DNA of 64,000 nucleotides from Balanoglossus misakiensis. Lineage: Eukaryota; Animalia; Hemichordata. Positions within the stretch are counted from its first letter, which is position 1; each line of letters opens with the position of its first letter. The notes beneath the pieces were generated by a model, which was not told the origin of the DNA, did no database searches, and saw only the letters and a list, made by a program, of their open reading frames with translations. The translations under genes were made by a program, and so were the position numbers. Positions 41,725 through 56,126 of this stretch are shown piece by piece. Location of the stretch: NCBI GenBank assembly GCA_040954595.2, contig CM082576.2, positions 6,389,129 to 6,453,128 of the forward strand, written 5' to 3'.

Positions 41725-44700
41725 ATGAATGCAAACTATAAACTCAAAGATCATTTCAGAAAAACATACTCCAAGAAGAGACCCTTGCAAGCAATACAAG
41801 AAGATGACAGTGTTTTTGATAATTCTGACTCCAGTGCAGCCCTTGGTCTGTATTTTTAATAGATATGTTGTCTTGGTCAATTTGCAAACTTACTCATTAA
41901 TATATATCAGAAAATTTCAAATACCTCTCGTTACATCAAACAAGGAACTACCAGCTTCCTTGCAAGCTAACCTCCCCTACAAGCAGATTATTCTTCCTTA
42001 CTTGGATCACTCTTTTTCTCTAGGTAAAAACAAGTCAAATTATGGGAGCAATTCTAGACGGGTGAATACACCATCAAAACTCACCGTGAAGCTGAAGTCA
42101 TCAAAGCCCAAATATGACATCACCGTCGGTGTGAACACTGTTACAAATGTTGGTTTACAAAGGTAAGACTTTCCCCCCTGATCTGTGGAAGTTCATACCG
42201 ATCACAGGTCAGTTGAAGAAGTTATGTGCCATGGGGATAGTTTTTTCTCAAAATATAAAAATAAATCAGATTATTCTGTTGTCTTGTATTTTTGTAGGAA
42301 TAAAGGACCCAAAGGACGGTTTGGAACTGGGGTCACCTGTAAAAGTAAGTCCTATGTTTCTGTCAGTGCAGTAGCATACTTCTTGTCGAGGTTCTCATAG
42401 TAGGACTTGTTCTTAATACATCAGTCCCAGTAATGCCTGGTTGCTAATGTCACAGTTTGTTTCTGTGCAAACTTATCATCTACTTTGTCTTTACATTATT
42501 AAATAGTACCGGTGTTTTGCAAAGAAAATATTTTCAATTTTAACCAATCTACAACCTGTACCATTGTTTGTCATGATCTTGATAGTATTTTTTTTGGTCA
42601 CTTTCCACTCCAGAACCAGTCCGTCTCACTCCATCAAATGTCCACACTGCTTCACAAAATACGAATTTGAAATCTGTGAGTAATAGGTTTTTAAGGAGAT
42701 TTTTTTTCTCCAGATAACTTCTCAAAAAGTAGTGTCTGTCACGGGGGTCAAGCAAGCAGTTCTTTATTTAGAAGCTATTTCTTTGACCATGCTTTGCGAA
42801 AAACAAGCCCTGTGATCCAAGGGAACCAATGTATTTCAGGTCTTAGATGATTGCAAATTCAGGTTATGCAAGTTATACATTCTGTACTGCTTTATAGATT
42901 TTACCCAAAATGGCCATAGATGAAACAGCGGAGAGTCACCTGGAGACCAGGGACACAATGAGCAGCAACGATCTGCACTCTGGTCTTCCCAGCTATCTGA
43001 CAGGGACTGTTTCAGACGAAGAGTCAACCGTTACATCATGTGGTAAGTCTTTTGCTTGGGGTATTAACACCTCATGCATACGCTCAACATCAAATATGAC
43101 TGGATGGAGTTACAATTTCAACTTCTGCATACACACATATGTACATGTATGTTCTTTATAATTTCAGGTTCAGATTTACAGACGGGAGAAGAATGCACGG
43201 ATGGGTATTCTGACATAGAAATTCCAAGGGATCAACCTATTGTCACAGGTAACAAGACTTGGCATTTGAAACACCTGCTCGAGGGAGTACAGCCGCACAC
43301 TGAATGTGACTGCACATCAGTGTTACAATGCACGCACATTTTGAATGTACAAATGATCACTTGGGACTGGTGTGTTCTGATTTTCTCTGGTGGACGTGTG
43401 GTCAAAGAAACCATTTGAACGGGAATGTAAATCTCCAGAATTCAAGACAAGTAATCATTGTTCAACAGGATCAGTAACTCTTCTGTTTTGCCTACCAATT
43501 TTAGTTCATCTACCAGTAAGGAGAACAAGTCTCAAGCCAAAAGTGAGGCTGCTTCCATATAGAAATTCCTCCCTGATAGAGGGCAAACTTCCATGTGATA
43601 GTGAAATAGATCAACTGGAAGAAATCTCTGATGTACCTGGCAATCATGATCCATATGGTAAGTTGTAAATTGGATATATCAAAATGGTAGAGACAAACTT
43701 CACCCTGATTAATATTCGAAGGTATTATTGTCATAACTGTACTATCTGTGATTTTAATTGATGTTTTTTTTATTGATTCAGAGATTATGGACTCTTCCAT
43801 TCTACCACCAAGTCCATCTCTGATAACTGCTGAGTCTCAAGGTAATGTAGAACTCTTAAAATTTCTCCTTGCAGCTTGTGAATGTATCTTGTATACCTTG
43901 GGTGCATGTAAGCCATCCTGTAACTTTGTTCACATTTAAATTGAGCAGATCAGCAAGAACAAAAGCAAGTGACTTTTGATAAGTCGGCAAGTAAATGTCC
44001 TGACTGCATCGACCCAGCAGCTGAACTAGAGAACTCTGTGCATAGAGTCACCAATAAGCGAAAAGTAGGTAGTTGCTTTTTGTGTAATTAAATGTTACCT
44101 GTTGGTGTTAAAGTAAATACAATGTTTAGCGATGTTTTTTTTCTGAGTGCAGGAGAAAGGAAAGGCATTCATATATAGAAGAACTGCATCCTGTCCACTT
44201 CCATAAGCAAACATCAATCATTTGCATTTGACGAGCCATAACTCGTCCAATACATTGCACATAGAGTCCTGTTCCTGGCATTGTTGATGATGCTTTTGAT
44301 AATGAGGATGATAATGTCATTGTCTGTGAGTAGTTTTCAGATAAGAATTATCTGACAAGTACACCAGAAACAGTGAAAGTGAATGGGAAGAATGGTAGGA
44401 TGGAGAGCCATCAAGGGCTGACTGGGGTAAGTGTACCTTTGGAAGGGCTTTAAAGTGGTAACTTTAATATTTTCAGCATGTGATTCTGGACACCATTACG
44501 ACATCAGTGCATTTTTTTTGCCTTACTGGTCAGGAGATGTTGAAAAAAAAACAGTACAGTGAAGCATTCTAAACCGATTACCTATACAAGCCCCACTGGT
44601 TGTCCTTGCAGACTTTCTATTCATTAGCATGCACACGAGCAAAATGGCCACGTTGTCTGTCTGAACTATTGAAACTTTGAAAAGGCGGTCAGTATCAGAA

Positions 44701-45911
44701 GATTTATAAATTTATTCATGTTGCCTGATTTCCTGACTCTAGCTGGATTTGTCGTGCATCGATGTTCCATCAGAAGAGAACCTACTTCAACCATTGTTGA
44801 AAGAGACCACTGTCAACTCTGACGAGATCCATGTTAACACTTACGTGGTGTCCAAATCAGGAAGTACAGAATCTAGCCAGTTGCCAGGGGTGAGACATAC
44901 TATTACATATCCTTTTTTATTTAAAATCAAATGGGCAGATCTAGATTTATATTGTTCATCCTAAAATTGTATTTATTGAACATAATGACGTGTTTTTTTT
45001 TGTAGACAATGACAATGCTGGGTATGGAGATGGGATCCGACAGCTGTTTTAAGTCCAGGGGTGATGATTTCACAATGGTGGACTCTGATGATTCTGAGTC
45101 TCGTTGGTGCACATTGCGAACATCGAAGAAGTCGCTGCGTTGTCCTAGCAGCAGTAAAACTGTGGTGAAATCGCGGTCATTCACGAAAGGTAACGCGCTG
45201 AAGAAGGTGGTGAAAATCAGCGAATGTGACATGTGTGCTAGTAATGAGGGAAATTCGAAGCAAATGAATGGTTCTGGTGGAAGTGACAGGAGACAAGGTA
45301 CGACCACGTCGATGCGTAGCGCGTTGGGCGACGACCGTCGGCGTAAAGGCAGCACATCAGTGCTCATCAAGTCTGGAAGTGGCCCTCACCAAGGAAGCGA
45401 TACTAGTCAGCTGTCAGGGCCGTCTTTCAGGTCAAGCCGGCAGGATGGAGAAAGAGGAGCTGGCAAGGAGCAGCCACCCAGGTCAAACTCAGAAGCACGT
45501 GGAAAGCAAAATCATGGGAGTACAAGGAAACGTTCTCTATACACTGCGGAGGCCGTACTGGATATCTTGCAAACACCCGCCAAACAGATCAGCCATGTCA
45601 AAGAAAGAAGGCCCCCGGAACCAAAGAAATCAGCAAAAGTAAGCAAGTCATTGAAATTCCACTGTTGGCATGTAATTATTTTTCTTCAGTTGACTGACAT
45701 TATCAAACTTTTGATATCAAGTGTCACATTTCCACGACTTTTGCTGATCTGATTAAACGTTACCATTTTTCAGGTCAACTCCGAGGGAAAAATGAAGAGA
45801 AGAAAACGTCTTGATTACGGCAGTGGCCTTCCATTTGACATCCTGTCACTCATACCAGAGACTTACAACAGGCAGAAAGCCAAAGTACTAATTTGCAGAC
45901 CTAAAGATTAG
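41725..45911 (+). CDS. uncharacterized multi-exon disordered basic/acidic protein
   Basis: Phase-consistent GT-AG exons: 41725-41845, 42024-42162, 42298-42344, 42614-42675, 42898-43042, 43168-43248, 43505-43657, 43782-43841, 43949-~44067, 44341 (or 44265)-44426, 44743-44889, 45006-45638, 45774-45911. Begins MNANYKLKDHFRKTYSKKRP and ends KRRKRLDYGSGLPFDILSLIPETYNRQKAKVLICRPKD*. No domain recognised. Confidence 0.6.
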
Positions 45912-47100
45912 AAGGTACCGGTATATACACTCATCCACTAATGAGTATGGTAATTACAAGATCTCTAAATATCAATTTAATTCAAATTAATTTAGAGATA
46001 TGATAAGTTATAACATAGTTACAGTTCTTTATGTATTTATTTATTACTATTACCTTATTTATTACTGTTATGAGAATGTCCATTTTGGCTGAATTGTATC
46101 TGGAAGATATTTATACATGACTGTGCATAGCAACAGTGCTGGAATTAACTGTTTAGATGACTGTGAAATAAAGTTCTTATTTCAAACCAAAGAGTTCTGC
46201 AAGTGGAAAAAAAATGCACAGAAAACTATTCCAGGATTGATGATGATCTTTGCTGAAGGGAACATTCTGCAAAAAAAAAAGTTCCTCAGCAATGTCCCGT
46301 TCATGTATGCACGGCCATTACAGTGGTCGTGATTTATGCACTCAACAAAACTGTCATCAGAAACTTGACTGCAACATCTTGCCGCAGCAGAAAAACAAGA
46401 GACAAATCACTTTATTATCCAATACACATTCTTTAATGCAAAACATTCTATATACATTTTAAAGGTGCAAAACCCGAATACAAAATTGAGTTGTTTTTTA
46501 AAACAAAATGTAACTGGAATAGTAGATCATTGAAGAAGTCAAGTTAAACAAGATAATGACTAAATAGGTTGTGATATTTTGGATAAATAGATTAACATCT
46601 TGACTGCCATTCACATCAGAAATAGTTGGCAATACCAGGGACAGCGGGTAGTATAGCATGTGTGCTGGTACAAAATGAAATGTAAACATTGTGTACTAGC
46701 GCCCCCAGTGGCCAATTGGACTTGGCTACAACGGTCAGGCCAGCACTTGCCCAACATCTCACAGTGGTGTTGTATTTTTTTTTAAAGTAGTCAAAGGGTT
46801 AATCAATTCAAAGTCACTGAACGAAATTAATTTTTTACAAAAGGGGGACCAGAGCCTCCCAACAAAATCATTCAGACACTCCTGAATATTCATTAACTGC
46901 AAATTTCAAAGCGGCCAGAATTAATAAAGGTATCTTCTGGAAAGAAGTTTCCTTGAGCTGCAATGTAACTATGTTAAAACAGTGAACAGTAATTACAAAA
47001 CCAGTATAAACACCAAATAATTTTATCCTGTAGAAATATATACGTTTGTTGTCTTGGCTGCACGATGGAATTTCCGCTTGTTTTTAGTAAGTACCGCAAC

Positions 47101-49537
47101 TTATGCCTGTTGTGGTGCATTCGGGTCCTGCAGTGGAACTTTTGCTGGGTCCTCTGGTGGTGGAGCTCCAGAGCTTTGCATGGGTTGCTGGGGTGGTGGC
47201 ATTTGCTGCTGTTGACCGTACGCGTCAGATGTCGTGACAACCATTGGCGCTTGAGCGGGAGCAGTTGTTATGACGGTTGTGGTGGTCTTGTCACTGTGGT
47301 AGTCGGCTGAAAATAGCAATGTTGTTTATACAGTTAGAAACTTTTTATCCCCATGATACAGATACAGACCCCCAACTTAGAACCCAAACGTAACCTTGAG
47401 TATTGTGGAGACCTCTGACCTATTTTTATACATCCTGGCACCTACAAGTATAGGTCCAGAATTGTTATGTGTATTGTACACCAGATGCAGGTAATGTGTT
47501 AACATTGTACATGTATGTACCATTCATCATTGTAAGCTGCTTGCACAGTGGAATACAGTACACTCCACAATCATTCATCCCAGTTCTTGAACGACTAATG
47601 CGGAGACATTACCTGACATTCCAATGAAGGCACATGCCCAAATCCAGCTCCAGATCCATCCAATGATGAATGGGGAGAGGACTAACTGAAGCAGACCAAT
47701 GAAGAAATTGAGGACACAGGTGCCGAATTTGGCACCTCCGCTGTCGCCAGGATTTCCGCAGCAAAACACAAAGAAACCAGCCAGTATTGTACCTATCAAG
47801 AGAAAACATTATCACCGGTATTTAAAATATTAATCAAATGGAACATTTGATTTTGTTCAAAAAATCCGATCACATGAATTAAGATTACATTAGGGATCAG
47901 AAAACAGGTTAATCACAAAAACAGGCTAATTACTTACAATGGAAAAAAAAACTGAGACAGAACTTTAGAGAAATACATATATACAAAAAGGCTAATGTCA
48001 GTATGTGAAAAGCAAATCGAATGCAAACATTTACTTTCCATTATACATGTTGCTATAGCAATATTCACTCGTATAACAATACCAGTATTTACGGAAAGTC
48101 CTTGAGACCTGTCTTTGAAATGTTGTTGAACTCAACTGTGTGAAGACGCCAAGGACAAATTCAATATTCCACAGCTAAGGCCAGGTTTTTTGTATTATTG
48201 ACATTTTCATGAATATCACCTGCGGTATCCGGAAACTGCTGAATGACGTTCATGAAATAATCAATCGTTGCGCATTTCAAGTATAAAAATGATTTCCATA
48301 TTTCAGTATTTTAATCGATCGTCTGTAAGTATAAGATCGGGGGGTTGTGACGACCATTTACACTGTAACCGTATTTGAAAACGAAAACAGGACGGACCAC
48401 TGTTTAGGATCTTTAGGACGTTTCTCATTCACCTACTTTCTATAAAAGAGCGCCATATTGTGGGTCGGAAATAGATCGTATCACATTTGCCCCAAGGCGA
48501 ATTTGTGCCACAAATACCTGGTTGCGATGTGTGTGACCCTGCAATTTAGTGCAACATTTTTAAAATACCGTCGCCGTAAGCGACCGTGAAGCAACCCTGA
48601 GTAAATAGGCCATAGGAAAATTTGAAGATGTAAATCAGAAAATGTTGAACATCTACAGACTCTGACAGACACGATCAGAGATGTAGCGCTTGTGTGCATT
48701 CTGCAACCTGTTGCATGTCTCGTCTGTCTCACTTTTATGTCACGATCTGAGAGATCGCAGTCACAAAAGTAAAGTAAAGCGTGCAGTTGCCATTGTCACC
48801 ATGGATACACAGATGACAGATATGCTGTTCCCATTTTTCGGGGTCACGGTTTAACCTCGCCTCGCGGTTTAGCTTGTGCCCGAAATATACACTTCATTAT
48901 GTTCATTTCATATTTTACAGGCTTTTCGTTGAGTTGCGTCGAGAAATTAGCGGAAAGTGTTATCGACACATCGTGAACTCTCGACATACAACATACGTAG
49001 TAAGGCGATCGAATTTGTACAAACGTAACGTTTTAGGAATTGATGAAAGAACGGACGAACTGCGGGTATCGTTTATCCAAGACCGATGTACTCGTGCCAT
49101 CGTCGATAGTTGGCGTACAGTCGATCGCACATAAAATACATATCTGATATAATTCTTGAGATTTCAATCTTTACGAGTGGCACTCCCTTTCAGGAACTGT
49201 CGCGTCGACGAGGTTCATGCACATTGACCGGCAAACAACCTGTCCTGTGTCACCACAACTACGACAAACACAGATCACTAAACAGACCATCACCACGAAT
49301 GGATTTTCCTCCATATTGTGTAAGAAAGTGTCTAATCTTGTAGAAATATAATGCATACAACTCACCAAATCCCGGTATGAACAAATTAAAGATGCAGGCA
49401 ACGACTGCTCCAGCAATATGTAAGGCGGGAATAGCCCGACGACAGCAGTTTGGTTCTTTCTCTGTAATGACCACGGTGGTTGTTGCAGGTTGTTGCGGGG
49501 CCATCACAACCGTAGTATTTGTCGACTGCATCGCCAT
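47101..49537 (-). CDS. Spec3/stum-like small membrane protein, copy 1
   Basis: Exons 49537-49366, 47792-47613, 47306-47101. RAIPALHIAGAVVACIFNLFIPGFGTILAG...IGLLQLVLSPFIIGWIWSWIWAC matches the Spec3/stum family core (AIP...NxxIPGxGT...GWIWSxxW). P/Q-rich tail. Confidence 0.85.
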
Positions 49538-49714
49538 GATGATGACTGGTCGGTCTTGTCAGAGAGAATTAGAGAAATTTCCTCGATGCAATATGCGCTC
49601 GGCGGTGTGTTGATCGTGCAACCTGTGATCCAAACAGCGCGACGGGACTTGCAAGTGTCCTTACTTACGGTCAATATATTCAACGATGACGAGAGAAAGG
49701 GAGTTGGACGTGGG

Positions 49715-49814
49715 GAGGCTATTTTTATGCAAAGTAGCTCGCACTGTTTCCATGGAGACACTTGGTAGCGTGTCGAACATATAGTGCAAGTGTTGGTAGC
49801 AACGTGGTAAACAA
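49715..49814 (-). promoter_or_regulatory. promoter module with RFX X-box and Forkhead site (Spec3-like copy 1)
   Basis: GTTTCCATGGAGAC 49746-49759, GTAAACAA 49807-49814, and tttatgcaaa (CATAAAA TATA-like on the minus strand) near 49724-49733. Confidence 0.65.
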
Positions 49815-50832
49815 TAGCGCAAACATTCACTACAGAATGACCATGGTCAACACACAAATGATCATGCATGAATAGGTGTTTGTCAAATCTTGAAAGGTGG
49901 CCACAAAGAACAAAGGATAAGGTTGTTATGGTCTTTGAACACTTCTCCAGGAGTGTTATTTAATATAGGCCTCCCCCATATGTGATATGTCACTCTCATT
50001 CATTCTTTCCGACTACTGCATGCATGATCGTTAGCCTTATATTATCACATATTAACAGTATGGTGTTTTAATAGCAGGCAACTTCGCCACTGTATACATA
50101 CCGATTTCACAGGTAGCTACCTCCCTTTAGACTTATTTGACCATTAGTCTCCATTTCTGCCTCCAAACTTTCAAAGCTACTGAAATGCGAAAGGACATAT
50201 CTAGTACATGTACAATCAAACTGTAGCTACAATTTCAAATCTAAAAGTGTGATATCATAACATTATATCCCACCACTCGCTGAAAACTTGAGGTATGACA
50301 TGGTACGTGTTCTTGTACTCGGTTTATGGCAATACAAACCAAACAGTTTACAGTAAATCTGTACAGTTGAATTTATTCCAATAACCTTGTACTCTGACCT
50401 GTCATCAAGCAACAAATTTTATTGAAGTTGCCTTAAAGAAACGAAAACACAACTTCTATATTATATTAATAAAGACATTTATTTTCAACTGAATTTTACA
50501 AGGCAACAGAGCTTTCAAATATTACATTTCAGTAACGTCCAATATAATCCTAAAGGTGACATCAAAAAAATCTTTGATCAAGGAGCCGACACACCCTGTA
50601 ATTCTAATATCCACTCAGACACAGTACATGTATTACCCGAACTGTTGAAAAATGAAAAATATACATTGCTAAAACCTGCTGATTTATTGATTGGCTGATT
50701 GAAGTTACCATGGCCCGAAAAGAATGCGTATGAAGAAAACCTCTGTTTCTAAAGAAAAACAAGTGAGTGCCAAGTTTTCAGCTTCTTAGGAAAAGATCAA
50801 CTAAAACGAAAGTGAAAACTCGTGAATTCTTG

Positions 50833-53800
50833 CTAAACTTGTTTCTTTTTTCCTTTCCCCTTGGATGGTTTTGCAAATAGCGAGGGATTTATCTGGTGTT
50901 TTTCCAGTCCCTTCACGGAAAACAATCTGGCAGCTCGTTCCTGTAAAGTCCCTCCACACTTGAGACCTCTCTCCATCAGGGCCAACTTCAGTCTGTCCAG
51001 ACCCAAGGACTCCAGTTCAGAGACATCGCCGCACTGTTCCCATTCAAAGGAATCGTCCTGTGAATTTAAAATAGAGAAAACAAGTTAGATGTTACTCAAG
51101 GAAATTAGTTTTTTTTTTTATTTCAGTGGTTATGACATTTTATGATGTGCGGGAAAATCTGGCAAATGAGTGTGGTAGACATGTTTTTCAATGCAGTCTA
51201 GGTCAGCCACCCCCTGGGCATTTACACTCCATACACTGGACTCTCACAGCCCCTCTCGCCCACATACCCTAACCTAATCCCTATCCCAAAACCCAACTTG
51301 TGGGTGGTAAATGTCCACGGGGGTAACTGTCCTGACAACTTTTTCATGGGGCAAAGTCACTCCACTTTGATGTTTTTTTTTTGGTTTGTTTCTGTGACCT
51401 CGCTGACCTCATTGTTAGTACTCCTGACAACATAAAAAACTGGCTCACATGACCTTGAAGGGCGGGCAGGCGGGCTTGCTCTCAAGACCAAACAAAAAGA
51501 TATTAAACATTCTTTCTTAGAGTTCCATTTAGCTGCATGGCCCTGTTACCAGCAGCTCATGCCTAAAGAGATCCAAACCACAGCTTGATTATGAGAGTTT
51601 TGTGCACAGACAACCAATCAAACTGCATGTTACAAAATGTTGCAGATTGCCACCCAGCAAATGCAAAAACGCCATCAGTCTGGGACAAACAAAAGTTTTG
51701 ATGAAACCTTAGACAAGTTTTTATAGTCACAATTGTTAGTAAGACATAATAACCCAAATCTGAGCAAGTGGTCGCGTTTTCTCGCACAGTAAACGTGCCT
51801 TTACATTAAATGTCTTGAGATCACAGCAGTGAATGACAAAGAGACGAGAAATATTGAATAGAAGCATGTCATGTGTGGGCCCTAAAGTGCCTACATTTTT
51901 TCTTGTCTGTCAGTTTGAAAGCCTGTTGTTGCTGCACTGCAAAACACTGACAATGAAGAAACCAATGTCTTTATGATTGTGGCTGTCAAAACATTCCTTT
52001 GTAAGACATTCACAAAAATACTACTGGTACTTTTGGAAGAATATATTGTTGAAGAACAATCAAGTCTGTAAACTGTCTTAATTTTCGGTTGGGTGTACAT
52101 CAATGTTTCCTCTATTATTAAAGGTTGTTCTTTTTTTTTGGGGGGGGGGGGGGTGTTGCATGAAAAAAAAACACATTCTGTTTGGTGTTAGGTGTTGAGA
52201 AGTTGATATCCCTTTCCTCTAGCCAGATTTGAAAACAAAAATCTGTTTTGGATTCGATTCAAAGACTTGTAACCTTACACCAGTATATCCATCTGGTGTG
52301 TATTGATCTCAAATGAGTAAAGGTAGTCAGGGATTAAATTATGGAAGCAAAATCGTGGCTCTGGTCTTGGGTCAAGACTTCAAATCTAAATCTATTTAGT
52401 GAGCTATCTAACATTTACAGTTGCACAAAAACATGATATTTCAACGCCAGAACAGAGTGTACCACTGCACAACTAAAAAGTGGAAAATAAGATAAAACGA
52501 ACACTGGTGTGTTTTTACACGGACAGGCTTAGACACAGTCAATTGATATGCACATTTGACCACTCTGGACTAATCTTGGTGAAGTGAGGGTTACTGGTGT
52601 TGTCGTCTCATGTGTACTGTGTCTAAGGTTACCCACGAAAATAGAAACGAAAAGGTCTTCACTGTGTACGTGACTACACCTCAATTAGTTCTTCCATTAG
52701 CTTCCATTTGATTAGAATTGGTACATACACAGTGCGACAGTTTATTGGTTATATACATACCTGCCCAATCAGGGAGACTTAAGATATAGATATTTACAGA
52801 AAACTTTTACAATGTACCAGCAGTTAAAAACATCTGTTGTTGATGTCAAAATTCACTAATAATGTTTTTGTCTCAATACCAAAATCAGTCAGTTCTAAAA
52901 ATCTTATATCTTTAAAATGGCAACATTAGGTCAATAGTTTTTCAAGTTTTGAGCTCCAAAAAATCTTGCAGGTGGTGGGTTGGAGAGATTGACGGACAGT
53001 AATGTTAGGCCCCTCAGTGCGCCTTTGCACACAGGGGCCAACATTCCATGTTGTATAGAAGGTCACTTGGGTGACTGATAAGACTAATTCAGTGCTGACA
53101 GCCATGATAAATGGCAGAACAGCAATTGTAGGAGGTGGGAGTGCTAATGACCAGCGCACTTTACAGTCAATAAACATAAAGTGAACTTCAATCGATGGAT
53201 ATCCACAGACAAAACACTCTCTGCCCCCAAAAAGCGAGGGTTTCCACTACTTGTGTAACTCACCTTCAGCTGTTCTGTTTGAGGATCTCCACTCCCTCCG
53301 GTCTTGGGATCATTCTGTGGAGGTGGAAGAGAGCTGAGCAATGAGTGTTCACATTTCTCCGCTGTTTTGTGACTGCTTTGCTGAGTTCCCGCACAATCCT
53401 CCGTCGCGCTGCCAGTATCAGTCTTTGCACCACTGCTTTCTCTGCCAGCAACTGGTCCGCCCTTATCAGTCCTCAAGACGTCGCTTTTCTGCATTTTGGG
53501 GACATCGCCACTTTCCTCAGCGGTAGCGTCTTCATTTTTTCTAGACACAGCATCCATGCCCTGTGAGTCGCGACTGCATCCTGGCTGTTGATCTTTGCCA
53601 TTTCCACCGTCTTTCGACTCTTGTTTCATCTCATCTAAATATTTCTGACACAGTTTTTTCATTTCCTTATCCTCCTCAGTTTCCTCTTCTTCATCCTCCT
53701 CATCATCATCATTAGAGCTGCTATTGCTGTCAATGTCAACACCAAGCCTACACAGACACACAGATGAACAGATATAAAATATTGCAAAAATTTCAAAATA

Positions 53801-56126
53801 GAGCTGCCGGACCAGACGTATGTATTTCAAATCTGGTCTCAACTCCATTCTGGTGATTTAAAGATCACGGTGGAGTGACCATGTTGGCCTACTAGTATCA
53901 TATTTCACATACCTCACCACATGAGGGCACTGCTCAAGTTTGTAACAGCTAGTACAAAAGGTGGGGTTGAGTTTTCAACACACAGGAGGCTTTCAGCCCT
54001 TTCTCACATGACATGCATTACCACCATACAAAACATATCTAGCCAACGGCAGTTTGCACCCACAATTGTGCTGACCTTATCAAAGGTCACATAGCTGAAC
54101 TCTGGACACGTCTGTCTTATCCGCAATGCACAATACACTACCTGATTATGAATTTACTGTGCGTGCAATGTGCAGTGGTGCATAGACAGATTGTATTCAG
54201 GTCTGTGTCTATACACAGACCACAAATGCAATTCAGGGAATGTTACTCACAGGTGTCACAGTGTGTGTTTTGCTCAGTAAAATAAACTGTTCCATCTGTG
54301 AGAAGTAACAATAAGTTTTTACAGGTACACTGCATCGTGTCAACACAATCATTATCCTTGAGTTGTGATTTCTCATGTTCCGCAAGCTACCAGTAAATTT
54401 CAGCTCTAGAAGAGCAAACTCCTACAAATCTGTGCACCTGCAGTTGTATATACTCACCAAAGCCTTTGTTTCTTTCCTTCACTGCGATCCTTCCCGTTGG
54501 ATTTTCTCTTCAGAGACGACCCTGATGTTTGCGCTGCCTCTGATGCTGCTGCTTGCATGCCTAAAATAATTCAATCAACGTGAATTAAAAGCTAAATTTA
54601 CAATGTGTCAGGCACAATTACATTTTGACCAGTCCCCAGAACAAGATGGCATCTAATGAATGATAAATCATGGTATTCTTGTTAAATTGCAATGACTGGA
54701 TCTCTGTTTGATGATCTGAACTTGATGATAGACAAGTAAAACACACATATACACTGTAGGTTTTATGTGTGCCATGAATAGAGGTGATCTTGTTCTGGTG
54801 GACCACTGAACTGAAACGACGCCCATTACATAGTCTGCTTTGATGGAAATCATCACAATTCACATTCATATGGACTGCATCCAGAAAGTAGTGTGATTGA
54901 ACCGAATATGTACAACAAACAAAATGCATATTTGACACCGTGGGATCATCTCCAATCATCTTACCCTGCGTGAGGGCATCGTGTACGTTTTCCATGATGG
55001 ACTCTTTCTGCTGGGAATATTTCTGATCGCTGAATATGTGCCGTGGTTCTGAGGCCATTTTCTCCAGCTTCTCTCTCTTCTTGGCTTGTCTTTCCTTTTC
55101 TCTGTCGGCTTGTTTCTTCAACCATTCTGCCAACCTGAATATAAAAACATTATCAGGCACTTTGTATTTGATACAGCCATGCATATTTAAGTATTCCTGA
55201 TGTTTGTGAAATAGACAATTCTGAAATGTCGAACTAGACACATCGATATTATGGCAGATTCAATGAATCTGTCTCTTACCTTTTTTCGTCATTGACATCA
55301 CGTAATCTGCGTCCACTCAGATCTCGACATGCCTCACGATTGGTTGTCTTCTCTATCTGTGCACCAATCATACGCAGCATCGAACCAAACCCTACAACAG
55401 ACAAATTATGTCATGCGATTATCATGTGATTCAGTGCAAACACTTTGAAGAGCTGGTGCACGGGAACTTGATACAATGCTTTGATGGCCAAACTTACGGA
55501 TTGGATGATATTATTGCAATTACAAAATAAACCAATGAATGAATGGATAAGTCCTACTTACCCCCCTTACCACCTGGTAGTCTGTAACAGACATTGTAAA
55601 CAGCGTCTGTCTGTAACTTGGCCTCATCTTCCACAAGTCTTCCATTGACCACAAAGTAGAAGTCATCAGCGCTTAAACCCTGTGACAATAATTAAAACAA
55701 AATGTGTTTTTCAATTCACTGTTTCAGAGTTGACATTGTAGGGTGTATTGCGCCCTCAAACTTGACTGAAATATTCAGTCCAGTCCTCAAGCGTGCATTG
55801 TATGTAACTTACACTACTGTACTATGCAATGTACCACGCCACGTTTCAACATACCAATGTTGCTAAGACATGTGATTATTATGTAAGGTAACAAAGTGTC
55901 ACCTCTAAATACTATGACTGGAATCTCTGGCCCGAAAGTGGAATGAAATCGTGTGTAGTGCTAGTGCCATATGTACATGTACTCACACACGATCAAGATG
56001 ATCAAAGAACGTTTGACTCACTTTCTCCTGGCATATCTGCCTTTTCAATCTTCTGACACTGTCGTCTTCATCCTCTTGTAGATCTACAAACCTTGTTTTC
56101 CCGTTAAAGCTACAGGTAATCGGCAT
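50833..56126 (-). CDS. SDE2: replication stress response / splicing regulator SDE2
   Basis: Exons 56126-56022, 55679-55562, 55391-55280, 55134-54965, 54560-54458, 53747-53264, 51057-50833. The ubiquitin-like N-terminus ends RLPGG|KGGFGSMLR, followed by [20 protein letters not shown] and a C-terminal SAP domain [32 protein letters not shown]. Extra small exons in the 2.2-kb last intron are not excluded. Confidence 0.93.
51200..51333. mobile_element. small MITE with imperfect TIRs and internal CCCTAA-like repeats
   Basis: Left end aggtcagccaccccctgggcatttac resembles the reverse complement of the right end (aggacagttacccccgtggacatttac). Interior ccctaa-cctaat-ccctat-cccaaa. Lies in the last SDE2 intron. 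Confidence 0.55.
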
